A DNA stretch of 63,992 nucleotides, filler included, from Octopus bimaculoides (Eukaryota): NCBI RefSeq assembly GCF_001194135.2. It is 7 parts of 6 records of this genome, joined end to end, with 100 filler letters (N's around TTAATTAATTAA, not from the genome) between each part and the next. Parts side by side here need not be neighbours in the genome. Positions count along the whole stretch, not along the records: positions 19,672 to 33,053 come from NC_068994.1; positions 33,154 to 49,390 come from NC_068984.1; 5 more parts are not named here. One strand, 5' to 3'. The notes below the pieces were generated by a model that was not told the origin of the DNA, did not search any database, and saw only the letters and a list, made by a program, of their open reading frames with translations. A program made the position numbers and the translations under genes. This document shows positions 24,133 through 38,085 of the stretch, piece by piece. Every line of letters begins with the position of its first letter. Positions within the stretch are counted from its first letter, which is position 1.

Positions 24133-25224
24133 NNNNNNNNNNNNNNNNNNNNNNNNNNNNNNNNNNNNNNNNNNNNNNNNNNNNNNNNNNNNNNNNNNNN
24201 NNNNNNNNNNNNNNNNNNNNNNNNNNNNNNNNNNNNNNNNNNNNNNNNNNNNNNNNNNNNNNNNNNNNNNNNNNNNNNNNNNNNNNNNNNNNNNNNNNNN
24301 NNNNNNNNNNNNNNNNNNNNNNNNNNNNNNNNNNNNNNNNNNNNNNNNNNNNNNNNNNNNNNNNNNNNNNNNNNNNNNNNNNNNNNNNNNNNNNNNNNNN
24401 NNNNNNNNNNNNNNNNNNNNNNNNNNNNNNNNNNNNNNNNNNNNNNNNNNNNNNNNNNNNNNNNNNNNNNNNNNNNNNNNNNNNNNNNNNNNNNNNNNNN
24501 NNNNNNNNNNNNNNNNNNNNNNNNNNNNNNNNNNNNNNNNNNNNNNNNNNNNNNNNNNNNNNNNNNNNNNNNNNNNNNNNNNNNNNNNNNNNNNNNNNNN
24601 NNNNNNNNNNNNNNNNNNNNNNNNNNNNNNNNNNNNNNNNNNNNNNNNNNNNNNNNNNNNNNNNNNNNNNNNNNNNNNNNNNNNNNNNNNNNNNNNNNNN
24701 NNNNNNNNNNNNNNNNNNNNNNNNNNNNNNNNNNNNNNNNNNNNNNNNNNNNNNNNNNNNNNNNNNATATATATATATATATATATATATATATACTTAC
24801 ACACACACACACACACACACACATATGTATATATATATGCTCACAAATTCACGCATACAAACATACGTATCTGTGCACAGTTGTACATATCACATAGCCA
24901 CCTATAAATAAAATCGGCATAAAAATACTGATAAACAAATATACGCGTATATTTTATGTGCATTTATATTCACCAATTAGAAGTATATACATAAACACAA
25001 AGCCATTAATGTTTTTCTGTATTAATGCTTATGGTTGCATAAGAATTATCAACATGTATATTATCCACTCCGTAACTTAACTAACCTTATGCGTGTGTGT
25101 GTGTGTATGCGTGTGTGTGTGTGTGTGTTTGTGTGTGATGCGTGTATGTATATGTATGTCTGTATGTGTGTATAGATGTAAATGAGTACACACACACACA
25201 CACACACCACACGTACACATTTTA

Positions 25225-25480
25225 TTTGTTTCCGTCATCGTATTGCGGCCATGTTGAAGCTTTGCCTTGAAGGGCAAAGTCGGTCAGAGTCACTTCACTT
25301 CTTAAAATATTTGCCGAACCGCAATGCTACGAGGACGTAAACAAACCAACACTGACTATCCAGCAATGACAAGCAAACACAAACACAAACACAAACCCAT
25401 ACACACATGTATTCGTCTACCAAATTCACTCGCAAGGCATTGGTTGGCTCGAGGAATAGTTGAAAACACTTGCCCACGAT
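25225..25480 (-). mobile_element. SINE family AB, degenerate copy
   Basis: Contains both the B tail and the A core. Confidence 0.7.
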
Positions 25481-25558
25481 ACTGCACCGTGTGTACGTGC
25501 GTGTGCGCGCGTGCGTGACTGTGTGCAAGTGCGCTTGTGTGTATGAATACGTATATAT

Positions 25559-25598
<40 letters not shown>

Positions 25599-26914
25599 GT
25601 ACGAGTATGTATATATATATATATATATAATTATAAATCAAACGTATGTATATATATGTGTGTGTATGTATATGTATTTATATATATATGTATGTATACA
25701 TACATATATACATATGTATAGATACATATACATATATATATATTTATACATGCAATCACACACACACACACACACACATTCACACAGTGGCGGACTGGGT
25801 CTAAAAATATTGGTTGCCTGGAGACAAAGGGGGCCCACTCCCAACTACAACGCTATCATTTAGTTTTTATAACAAACTAACAATGCATCCCGGCGTTACC
25901 CGGCTGTTATGACTACAGCCACACTGTATTATTTGTTCCTTTCTTATGGGCAGAATCGGCTCAGCTAATATATAGTGAATTAGATTACTGGCGTAATGGA
26001 AGTTATTGTCTGTTTAAGAGTGAAAGGAGAGGGTACAATTTGCATGGGTTTGCATGAAAGTGCTTTCTGTTCTTAAGAAGGATCACAAACTATGTATTGT
26101 TTCATCGTATAATTTCCTTCCGTTCCCTACCACAGTTTGTTAATTTGTAACTTTTTCGAATTTCTTTTTATCTACATAGAAACATACAGAGATACAAATC
26201 TGGGAAATATATATATTTTTTAATGTTTAATTTTTCTTAAAGAAACACTCACCCACCTCGCCCACTCATCACCTACCCGCTTTCAAAAAGTTAAAACTTT
26301 CCAATGTTTCACTTTCGTCTAATGTTTCATGCATGCGTAGAATTGTACTGAAATAACNNNNNNNNNNNNNNNNNNNNNNNNNNNNNNNNNNNNNNNNNNN
26401 NNNNNNNNNNNNNNNNNNNNNNNNNNNNNNNNNNNNNNNNNNNNNNNNNNNNNNNNNNNNNNNNNNNNNNNNNNNNNNNNNNNNNNNNNNNNNNNNNNNN
26501 NNNNNNNNNNNNNNNNNNNNNNNNNNNNNNNNNNNNNNNNNNNNNNNNNNNNNNNNNNNNNNNNNNNNNNNNNNNNNNNNNNNNNNNNNNNNNNNNNNNN
26601 NNNNNNNNNNNNNNNNNNNNNNNNNNNNNNNNNNNNNNNNNNNNNNNNNNNNNNNNNNNNNNNNNNNNNNNNGGGTGAAATCCTAATCTCCTTTATCGAA
26701 AACATAAGAATAGGAAGAAATTTAGGAAAAAATAATGGAAGTGGGGGACAGGATTTCTGGGAAAACTTCCTTTTAAGTTTATATCGAAGATAAGATTTTT
26801 AAATACGCCCATCACAAACACAAATTACAGATTGGTAAAAGGTCATTTCAATTGGATTTGAGCTGTAATTTTGTGCGTGCACACAAGAAATAACATAAGT
26901 GTGTTGTATGTGTG

Positions 26915-26956
<42 letters not shown>

Positions 26957-27054
26957 TGTGTGTGTGTGTGTGCCAAAGGAAGTTATTTCATGGCATTCTT
27001 TCGCTTGGTCCATCATATGGAATCATATGATTATTCGTTAATTTCCATAGTTCT

Positions 27055-27250
27055 CTTTATTACCTCCGCCAAGGAAGGCGGTTGTTTTCATTGGTGTTGG
27101 TTTGTCCGTTTGTCCGTCTGTGTGCAAAATAACTCAAAAAGTTCTGAACGGTATTTGATGAAATTTGCAGTAAAAGTTGGTAATAATACGAAGAACAGAT
27201 GATAAAATTTTAGTAGTGATCCTGGAATTTTTATGGATTCTTCAAGGATT
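27055..27250 (+). mobile_element. Helentron/DINE-1-like non-autonomous element 5' part (second start at ~27720)
   Basis: TTATTACCTCCGCCAAGGAAGG...GTTTTC, GTCCGTTTGTCCGTCTG micro-repeat and AACTCAAAAAGTT...GATGAAATTT resemble HINE/DINE-like elements. Confidence 0.55.
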
Positions 27251-28462
27251 TTTCTTTTGTTATATTTACTTTACATGAAGTATTACAATGTTACGTTCTT
27301 TGATTACACAATGTTACGTTCTTTGAAAACACATTGTTTCTACGTAACCTATGGTGGCGTTGCTGTTTAGAGACAGTGTTGATGATGACAATGGTCGAGA
27401 TAAGTATTGGTGGCGGATAAAATAGTATTGGTGGTTATAATGGCAACAGGAGCGGTGTGATGTGTTATGCTGAGATGATGGTGGTAATAGTGGTGTTGAT
27501 GATAGTGTTAGTTGTATGATGGTGATATTGCAGTGGTTATACTGGTTGTGGTGGTGAAAGTGACTGTCAAGGTAACCGTCATGATAACATTGATGGTGGT
27601 GTATGTGGTTGAAGTGGAAGCAATGACAATGCTGCTGATGATGGTGGTTGGGAACTGCTTCAGATGATTCCTGTTTTTAAAGGGTTTTTTCTTAAAATCA
27701 TATGGCTGTGTTATTTTCTTTTTTACCCCCGCCAAGGTTATGTTTTTGCCAGCGTTGGTTTGGGAAATTGAGCAATTTTCAGCATGCGTGTGTATGGGTG
27801 GAAATGAGCTGCTTGGTGGAGGTCTGCGCTCTCCGAGTGCTTTTCTAGTTTCTTTATGCTTTGAAGAGAGCAGAAATTGAAAGAGAGGAAAAGGTGAAAA
27901 GGCGATATTTGCTTTGACGTGAGAACAGAAAGTGAAAGAGAGGAGAAAGTGAAAGCTGTATATATGAAATAGACGTGTGTGTGTGTGTGTGTGTGGCATG
28001 TGGGCGTTAGAGAGAGAGACAGACAGACAGAGATCGAGAGACAGAAAGAGTGAGTGAGTGAAGGTGCGTATTGTCGCTCTCTCTCTCTCTCTCTTCGTTT
28101 CTCTCACATGCACACACATCTTTCATATACACGTACATAAATACATATGCATACATCTTTTCTGTACATATCTGTGCGTGTGCATGTGAGATTGAGTGTG
28201 AGTGACTGTATTTATTCATAACATATAGGGAAATAGTTGTCTTTTAATGAAACGTCTTTGGTTGTGGCTTATTTTAATACAATATTTATGTACATTTTCA
28301 TAAATGTTTGTCTGAAACATTGGACGAAAGGGAAACATTAGAAGCAAATCGAAATATTGCTTGAAAATGACCACAAAATTGTGCGACCCGACCTCGTTTC
28401 CGAGGTTATTTTAGTAGTAAAAAAGAGTTGTGTCAAAAAAATAGTTTATTTGGTAGCCTTTA

Positions 28463-29100
28463 TATTGGGTCATTCCATAATTAATGCGGTTTTTTAATAC
28501 TTCTTTTGTTTTTAAAAATTAATATAAACAAAGTTCTTCTTTTATCTAAAATATACTCTCCTTCATTTTCTACAATGCTCTTCCATCTATCTGGTAGACT
28601 TGCGAGGCCCCTCTACCAAAATTCATTTGTCCGTGACAAAAATACTCCTTCACTACCGTTCTGACCTTGTCTACAGAATTCATTATTTTTTCGTCCAAAT
28701 GATTTTGAAGACTGCTGAATAAATGATGGGTCAATGTCCAGCGAATATGGTGGCTGAGGCATCGTTTCCCATTCAAACTGCTTCAGCATTTGGAATGTCA
28801 TCCTCGCTGTATGTAGCCGAGCTTATCCTGATAGAAGAACACCCCTGGTCTTGAAACCAAAGATGGTCGTTTTCCTTCTAGCGCTGACTTGAATAGCTGG
28901 TTGAATGACCAAATCCAAGCTTCTCTGCTAGTTCCTCAACAGTTACGATGGGATTTTGTTCCACAAGGGTTTGCACACATCGTCACTCTCATAATGCAAC
29001 ACTTTGTAATTTTGATTCAAATTGAGAGTGTGAAACTATTTTCACTTTCTAATGAAACCTGGTCGTTGTAGAGCAGTGTCTTTGAAATAACTAAAGCTGG
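28463..29100 (-). mobile_element. Internally deleted mariner element with one TIR
   Basis: TA + TTGGGTCATTCCATAATTAATGCGGTTTTTT TIR at 28463-28495; minus strand QTLVEQNPIVTVEELAEKLGFGHST (HTH) fused to ...WETMPQPPYSLDIDPS / HLFSSLQNHL (catalytic C-terminus). Confidence 0.85.
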
Positions 29101-29670
29101 CTGTTGAGATAACGTAGAAAATATGTAAATGAAAATAAACTTTAATTGGTAGCCGAAAGATTACTGAATCTTTTGATATCCCATACATCAAAATCGGCAA
29201 CTTAGTTTTCGAATACTTTAGGAACATACGCACACATGAAGACTCTTTTTACTGTCAAAGAGATAGTCATGTTTTCGTATGAAAATTACGGCATTGCAGT
29301 CAATACTACATCTACATTATCATACATCATTTGTTTGTTTGCTCATACATATCAAATTGCTTTTTATTAAACGTACTTATGCTATCAATTCTATCACCAC
29401 TACTTCAATTCCACCAGCCCGTGTAAAAATCAAGGATAAAGTTACATGGATTTGAACTCTACTTTTGATAATTTACTTCCTTCTTTACTCTTGCTATAAC
29501 TCTTTATATAAGACCCTTATAAAATACTCAAAATAACAGTATATTATACATATAACAATGATTTTAATTTTTTAATAACTGGTGGATATTTTTAAATAAA
29601 TTACATGTACTGCACACTTTACACATTAATAGATAGTTCAAAAGTACAATAGTGTATTACATGCAGTCCA

Positions 29671-31560
29671 CTATATTAAGAGCAAACATTTGAGTTCATT
29701 AGATGATTGTGCGAATCTGCCAATAATTGCTTCAGCATCCAATTCATCCATCCATTCCTTTTCAATGGATAGCAATATGTATGATTCCAAGTTCTCCCCA
29801 GCTAGCAAATTTCTTAACCTTGTCATTATACTTTTTAGCATTGAAAATATCCTCCTACTTTGGACTTGGTTAACTGAGAGTATGCAAGTGACTTTATACA
29901 GTTCATGAAGATTATCATATGCCTTGCCGTGAAGTTTGTTGGGTGTCAGAATTTTCAGTACACATGATGAGCAAGTGCTGCAAATTTTACAGATGTTGCA
30001 ACTAGAACCCATATTCTCACCATCATTAAGTAAATAGCTTTAATGCATCAAAGTTTGAAGCAGAAGAAAACAATTCCAATTTTACTTGATCTTTGCTGAT
30101 TTATGAAAACAACTTAATAATACCTTTCAATGCTTTAACCTCATGGACCTTCTCTGCAATAGGGTCCAAACAGGATAAATCCTTATACAATTGCTTGTGT
30201 TCAACAAAGTTTGATTCTAGTGACTGGGCAATGCGATTCACTATTAGGTTAAACATATTTACTCGAAAATCAGCTAGAGAATCTGAGGAATTTTCTTCAT
30301 CATTAACAAGCTTATCAACCATTTTTTTTTTCTTCCTCTGTCTCTTAACATCAATTTCCAATGTTTAATTTTCATCCATATTCATCTATGAAATCTTGTC
30401 ATTACATTTATTTTCAAATTTCAAAGCCTTGCTGTGAACGTTATCAAATGTTCTAGTCTGTTCCTTCAACTTTGTTGTAGCTGATTCTACAAAACTCCAT
30501 GCAGTAAACATATGTAAACAACTTGTCTGTAGATAACTTGACAACGAAGCTGTAGTTTAAAATATATACAAGTAAGTAAATGCTGTCAATTATGGTTTCA
30601 AACTTTAGGGGGCTTTGAAGTAAAACATTTGCTTTATGTCTTGTTTTTGTATAAAACTTGTTTGAATCTTGTATCATTGATAAGCACGTCAATAGATTTA
30701 CAAAAGTACTGACAGCGGTATCAGCTGGTCTTACCAGTTAGCTTTAATCGTTTCATCTTTTCTTGTTCTAGTTGTTTTCCAACAACTTCTACCCATACAC
30801 TATGATGCTTTCACAAAAGTTGCTAAATTTTGGAGTAAACTGAAAAAAGAAGCTGTTGGTACACAACATTTTGTTGTTTCAGTTATCACCAAATTCAAGA
30901 CATGGCATAACACCATGTATGAACATGTTGGTCTATCATAGCAATTTTTCTTTGTAAACCCTTATATTGTTCATGGTAGCTTGTAGCACCATCTATGCTA
31001 TCAGATAAACATTTCTTGTGGCACAACTGAAAGTAGTCACTAATAGATAACACCTTTAAATACATACCGAATGCTAAACTGATCAATGGATGAATTATCT
31101 TGTGTTGAATCAACTTGAACAGAATAATATACTGCTTAAGAAACTTCATAGCCAATTCTTTCTTGTATCATATTCTTCATAATTTGGATTAACATGTTAA
31201 TAGTTATTTTACTCAGGTGTGTAACAAGTCCACCCAGCCTTTATTTTGAGCCTTTCCTTGTTCTAATCGTTTGGTTCTTCGTCCAGACTTGTTTTGTACT
31301 GCAGAAACGTGAGCTGTCATAATGGTGTCATATTTTGCCATTAACTGCACTGTAACTAAAACATTGTCATGATTCAAAACCTCACTATGCCGATTCATTT
31401 CTGTGACCTTGAAAAGAAAGTGCTTGCTAAGCCTCTTTATGATGTCTATAATCCACATAACAATACTTTTCTTCAATACTTCCTTTGAATTAGTGATGCC
31501 ACAAAAAATTATCACAGATGCCATCATTAATCACATTGATATATTGCTGAGCATTTCTGA
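29671..31560 (-). mobile_element. hAT-superfamily transposase pseudogene (ZMYM1-like/TTF-type)
   Basis: C-terminal dimerisation-like IFSMLKSIMTRLRNLLAGENLESYILLSIEKE; DGATSY and HTWCYA motif; LMAKYDTIMTAHV; many stops and frameshifts. Confidence 0.85.
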
Positions 31561-32800
31561 CATGTGATGTCGATTCGTGTAAAGTCAAGCCTGTAGTTAC
31601 TAAAACCACATACAAAGGTTGATGGATTATAAGTGTTGGGATACTCAAAGGCTTAACAATATGAACCTATTTCCTTTGTTATATGTTAACTTGGGACTGA
31701 GTCATTCCTCTCATCTCATGATTAATAAAGAATGCACTTATATTTGTTTCTATATTCAGAGTAACTCTTCCCTGTTCTTGCAACTTACATGTCACGGCAT
31801 CATCACCATGAGTATTGTTTCTTGCTTCTTGCTTATTTGTTGCAGAACTGGATATTGATGTGGATGGTGGTTGTAGTATTATAAAATCTGTAATACACCT
31901 GCAGGTTTCCGCCCCGACATCCGAAACTCGGAGTCTTATTATGGCAACCGAATAATTGTCACATATTATATTACAGATTAATTCCTCTATTTACATAATA
32001 TCAAAGTCTCATTCATTCTTTTGTTGTCTTACCATTACTATTANNNNNNNNNNNNNNNNNNNNNNNNNNNNNNNNNNNNNNNNNNNNNNNNNNNNNNNNN
32101 NNNNNNNNNNNNNNNNNNNNNNNNNNNNNNNNNNNNNNNNNNNNNNNNNNNNNNNNNNNNNNNNNNNNNNNNNNNNNNNNNNNNNNNNNNNNNNNNNNNN
32201 NNNNNNNNNNNNNNNNNNNNNNNNNNNNNNNNNNNNNNNNNNNNNNNNNNNNNNNNNNNNNNNNNNNNNNNNNNNNNNNNNNNNNNNNNNNNNNNNNNNN
32301 NNNNNNNNNNNNNNNNNNNNNNNNNNNNNNNNNNNNNNNNNNNNNNNNNNNNNNNNNNNNNNNNNNNNNNNNNNNNNNNNNNNNNNNNNNNNNNNNNNNN
32401 NNNNNNNNNNNNNNNNNNNNNNNNNNNNNNNNNNNNNNNNNNNNNNNNNNNNNNNNNNNNNNNNNNNNNNNNNNNNNNNNNNNNNNNNNNNNNNNNNNNN
32501 NNNNNNNNNNNNNNNNNNNNNNNNNNNNNNNNNNNNNNNNNNNNNNNNNNNNNNNNNNNNNNNNNNNNNNNNNNNNNNNNNNNNNNNNNNNNNNNNNNNN
32601 NNNNNNNNNNNNNNNNNNNNNNNNNNNNNNNNNNNNNNNNNNNNNNNNNNNNNNNNNNNNNNNNNNNNNNNNNNNNNNNNNNNNNNNNNNNNNNNNNNNN
32701 NNNNNNNNNNNNNNNNNNNNNNNNNNNNNNNNNNNNNNNNNNNNNNNNNNNNNNNNNNNNNNNNNNNNNNNNNNNNNNNNNNNNNNNNNNNNNNNNNNNN

Positions 32801-32864
<64 letters not shown>

Positions 32865-34089
32865 CATATATATATATACATATATATATATATTATCTGT
32901 GGGAGTCTCAACTTTTTTAGCTGCGATTTCGAAACTTCGGTATGTGGTGAAGCAAATATTTGCTGATCCCTTAATTATGTTTATAAATATATATGAGCTT
33001 TTAAATAAGTTCTCCACCGATAATGGTGCTTACATACCGATGGGCTTGGTAAANNNNNNNNNNNNNNNNNNNNNNNNNNNNNNNNNNNNNNNNNNNNTTA
33101 ATTAATTAANNNNNNNNNNNNNNNNNNNNNNNNNNNNNNNNNNNNNNNNNNNNTATATATATATATATTTGTATGTATATATATATGTATGCATATATAT
33201 ATGTCTCTGTGTGTGTGTGTGTGTGTGTGTGTATACACGTACATATATGCGACTTACAAATTAAATATCTAAACTTTTATGTTGATTTTTAATAGTTGGT
33301 GTTTGTTTCTAATTGAACCGTAGAATATCCAAATGCTCACCTACTTACAAATATTTGAATTTCTGTTCTTTCTTACGGACGAAACCAATATATGAGAATA
33401 TAGAAATACCATTTCTATCTGCATGTAATTTAATCTAGCTAACCATACAGCATACGGCGAGAACAAAAAAATAATACTCCAATTCACCCTTCTTACTAGG
33501 CGCTTTAACATCAAACGCACGGTACGAAGCGTCTTAAATCACGTTGTTACGTGAAGACGACAAACGATAAGACATTACCTACACGAAGATACCATTAGTT
33601 TATGTTAACTAGTACCACACCAATGTCCGTGTAAAATATGGAAGGTATTTTTTTTCTGCTGCGCCATGTATATTGATTAGAAGTTTCGTTACGAAAAACC
33701 GAAGAAATCATTGAAAATCTAAAAATTGTTTGAATTCAATGAAATATTTATAAATATCATACGATTCAATAGTAAACGATTTCTGAACTTTCTGCGTTTC
33801 GATTAATCAATATAGATTTGCAATTACGATCTTTTCTTTTATTCTTTACCTGTTTCAGTCATTAGACTGCGGCCATGCTGGGACGTTGCTTTGAAGAGTT
33901 TTTTTTTCTTTCTTTTTCTTAAGCATACAATATATTGTATCTGTTTCTCTTGCCTAACCACTAATTAACGGGAACGAAAACACCAACACCGGTTGTCTAG
34001 CAATAGTGGTAAACACACGCGCGCACGCACACACACACACACACACAAAGGCACAAACATACACACACACACACATATAACTTCTTTCG

Positions 34090-34480
34090 GGTTCATTGAA
34101 ACTGTATTCTCTCCAGCGCCGCCATGAGCGATACATCTTTTTCCCGATGTAGAGAATATACCACCAGTATTGCCCAAACCACCAGAACATTAACTTCAAA
34201 ATTCATCCAAGGCAAAGACCACGGGCCATAAGTTGTCTACCCAATTCAGGGTCACAACACATGAACACACTGCAACACAGTTTCTTTTCCTCAATAGTCC
34301 CTTCCCTATTAAACATTGACACTGAACAGATCAATGAGGAAAAGGGTCCCATTACCTTTAAACGGAATCTGAACAAATTTCTTCAAGAAATACCAGATAA
34401 GCCACCCATACCTGGATACAACTCAATCAACAAGATCACCCTGGTTGAACGGGCCATGATACCACAAAACTTGACTTAAA
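34090..34480 (+). mobile_element. CR1/L2-group LINE ORF2 C-terminal remnant
   Basis: LKLYSLQRRHERYI ... FKRNLNKFLQEIPDKPPIPGY, typical of CR1-like 3' ends. Confidence 0.7.
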
Positions 34481-34562
34481 AAGCATTTAGATAATCCTAT
34501 CACGTATTGCTATTAAATTAGACATGGTCTGGATCAATCATTGGTTGAAACATATCTAAGTT

Positions 34563-34607
<45 letters not shown>

Positions 34608-34649
34608 TGGTATTGATTGACATTTCTTAATCGCATGCAAACTATTTTC

Positions 34650-34790
34650 TCTCCCTGTTTGTTTCTGTGTTCCTTTCTGTCGAAGAGCATAGGCTCGAAA
34701 CGTAAAAAACTTTCTCACTTCCCGAGCGTTAAACTAATACATCAGTTTGTTGTTTACACACCCATCTTCGTCTTTTGTAAATTCTCCTGT
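34650..34790 (+). mobile_element. Hammerhead-variant repeat, family H2, copy 1
   Basis: Homologous to 47270-47430; CTTT-CTGTCGA-A-GAGC(ATAG)GCTC-GAA-ACGT-A-AAAA at 34673-34708. Confidence 0.7.
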
Positions 34791-34799
34791 TTCTCTAAT

Positions 34800-34910
34800 C
34801 CACCCACAAGGCTATTGTAGGAGATATTTTTTTCAAGGTGCCAGGCAGACAGACTGAACCCTAAACTCTGTGGTTGGAAAACAAACTTCTTACCACATAG
34901 CGACGCCTGC
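34800..34910 (-). mobile_element. SINE family AB, head fragment
   Basis: Reverse complement of the A head (ACTTCTTACCACATAGC). Confidence 0.65.
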
Positions 34911-35458
34911 ACCCATTTGAAGAATTTTGAAAAGTTTGTGTATAACATTTCCGTTTGGAAAATAACCATTTCTTACTGAGCTGAAATTAGAATTTCACGG
35001 CAAAAAGGCAAGCATATCTCGTGAGGAAATAAATGGACTTGTGATCCACTTCGATTGCATACGATTAAGAAATGTCAATCAATTCCAGTGATTAGATTTT
35101 TAAGAGATAATTAAATATTCATTGATTGAAGGAATGTCAGGCTTCCCGTCGGTTGATTGGCTTACAATAAACATCTTCCTTTCATGATTCAAAAGAGAAT
35201 AACGCGCTGAGGTGAAATGTCTTTTTTTGTTCTCCAGACCCATACGCATATTTTAGCTCCATAAAGCAACCTACTGAGACGAGTCATTTGCAACGATTAT
35301 ATTTAGCTTCTTCTTCAGCCTGGTCAGCCAGAGATAAGACATTTCTGTAAGAATGAATTCATTTCAAACGCACCTGCTAAGTAGAGTCATTAAGCACTGA
35401 CGTAGTTAGGTAGTTGCACAAACAGAGACACAGACTAATGGAGAGATATAGCTTTAAT

Positions 35459-35512
<54 letters not shown>

Positions 35513-35526
35513 CATACATACATACA

Positions 35527-35558
<32 letters not shown>

Positions 35559-35925
35559 GTCAGATACATCTATGTGTTTGATAGTGTACACATTGGGACC
35601 CGAATATCTACATATATACAGTCAAACGTGTATGTATATATCTATCGCTTTATCAACCTCGTTCTGTTACTCTTTCTCTTCCTCTAACTCTCGTTTCCCT
35701 CTCTCTGTCTCTCTCCATATATATATATATACATATATATNNNNNNNNNNNNNNNNNNNNNNNNNNNNNNNNNNNNNNNNNNNNNNNNNNNNNNNNNNNN
35801 NNNNNNNNNNNNNNNNNNNNNNNNNNNNNNNNNNNNNNNNNNNNNNNNNNNNNNNNNNNNNNNNNNNNNNNNNNNNNNNNNNNNNNNNNNNNNNAGAGAG
35901 AGAGAGAGAGAGAGAGAGATAGATG

Positions 35926-38085
35926 TTTTTTTATTGGCCACCCAGGGCTGAACACAAAAGGGACAAAATACGAAGTAGAGCTTTTCTTTTTGGGAAGAAG
36001 AAGAGAAGAAAAAAAGTCGGTCGAATACCGATCAAAATGGATCGTGAAAAAAAAGGTGGGGGCCGATCAATAGGGATCGTGTATCACAGAAATGTCAATG
36101 TAAAAAGGGAAAACAGATTAGGTTTTTCCGTGGAAAGAAAAGCCTACGGAAAAGACCACAGTAAACTTGGGCAATAATGTCAAGCAAAAAAAAAAAAAAC
36201 GCACACATTACAGTGACTCTCTTTTTTCCTTTTTCTTTTTTTCTTTATTGGTTCATAGGATTACGCGCAAGCTGGCTCTGTCATTCACACGTGCCATCCT
36301 TGTTACATTCACTCATCTTTTTTTGAAACATTCACGAGACAAAACTTCCCTCTCTGCTCTCAACTTCCTCTTCGAGTCATACTTGAAGAAGTTGATGAGA
36401 GATTTACCAGAGACGATAGTGTTTGTCTCTAGAGCTTTCAGACGCATCCACCATACACATTCTTTCGCCATAGCCACAAGTACGATGAAAATGGCTCCTC
36501 CTTCCCGTTTCAAGGAAGGAGGCGCGACAATATTCACGATAGACTCGGTTGATAAACTGACTCGTCCCTTACGTGATAGCAGTCGTTCAACACAGGCCCA
36601 CAGATCGGAAATGGTTGAACATTGTACAAGTGCGTGCAGGACGGTTTCGTCGCTCTGACCTCATCTTGGACCCGTTAGTCCCGTGTTTCTTGAGCCATGC
36701 CTGTAGAGCTTATCCCGAACGGGTAGCACTTCTCGATAGCACTGCTAAGCCAGAGATCACTGGAAGTTGTCCATAGGTCCCGGTCAGACGGTCGTCTTGA
36801 ACAGGCGGGTCAGGTATTCCTCGTCGACGCCCAGGTTCGCCCTTAGATCGTCGTCATACCTCTCCTCCACTAATCTCCTATAAAATTCTTTGGTTCCGTT
36901 TAAGTCGCTCCAGATGGACCCAGGGCAGCATAGCTGCTTGAGAGCAACGCGACTCTCGCGGTTCCATTCGCCCTTCCTCGGCCTCCTCTTGATCCACGAT
37001 TGCAGTTCGGTCATGGAGAGGAGCTGCAGGAGAGCGCGCCGCACAAACGGCGACCACACCTGCTCACCGTCGTCCACGTAGAGCCGGAGATATCGCAGTC
37101 TCAGCGCCTGTCTGCGCATCATCAACGACGGCATGCCCAGCCCTCCTTTTAACGGGTGTTGGCAGCAAACGGATCGCCTGACCATCGGAAAGCATCCTTT
37201 CTACAAGAAGGGGAAGAGGATGCGTTCTAGTTTGGTGATGGTAGAGTCGGACAAGGCACGACTGTCAGGTGGTAGTAGATGACGGACCTCGACCAATTGC
37301 CGGGCGAGAATGACCACCCTACTCGTTATCTCATTCCCGTTCTACTCCGTTTGGAAGTCCGAATCAAACCAGACCCCAAGCAACTTGACCAGACCGTCGG
37401 TCCTGCATCCCAAAACGGAGGCGCTGGTGGACGGTATGGGCTTGCTTCTCCAGGTGCCGAGCCGCAAGCCCACTGACTTTTCCCGGTTAATTTTCGCTCT
37501 TGTTACGCTTCGTAGTCTTTCAGTGTCTCGCCGACCAGCTCGATGTACCTCTGGCTAGACACTATGATATTGACGTCGTCTGCGTATGCAGACACGCTCG
37601 TCCCGCATCCCAATTCTCGCGGGATGCCCCTCAGCGTCTCCAGCATCCGCAATAGGGGCTCGAGATTCAATACGTATAGAAGCGACGAGACGGGGCATCC
37701 CTGACGCACCGAACGTGCAATGTCGAAGGGTCTCGATAGATGTTCATTTATACGAATTACCGAACGAATGCCTCTGTACAAAGCAGCTATACAGCCGCGG
37801 AAGACGGGACCGAAACCAGCCGCTATGAGGACAGCCTCCAAGTATTGATGGTTTATCCTATCGAAAGCTTTGAATTGATCCAAGTTGATCAGGGACCCAA
37901 CCATGCCAGGTTCCTTAACTACCCTGTCTATGATGTAGTGCATCAGGCGAAGGTTGTCATGGATGCTCCGGCCCGTTACAGCGCCCATTTGCGCCTTGTC
38001 GATCTCTTTCTCGATGACAAGCGCCAACCTCTTGGCTAACACCTTGGCCAAAATCTTCAAATCTGCATTGAGCATAGTGATGGGT
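35926..38085 (-). mobile_element. Tx1/L1-clade LINE: ORF2 reverse transcriptase, C-terminus and 3'UTR, lacking the endonuclease
   Basis: ORF 38075-37503: PITMLNADLKILAKVLA, LDQFKAFDRINH, VRQGCPVS, AYADDV; continuation GGLGMP; 3'UTR ending in AATAAAAAA next to (TC)n. Confidence 0.92.
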
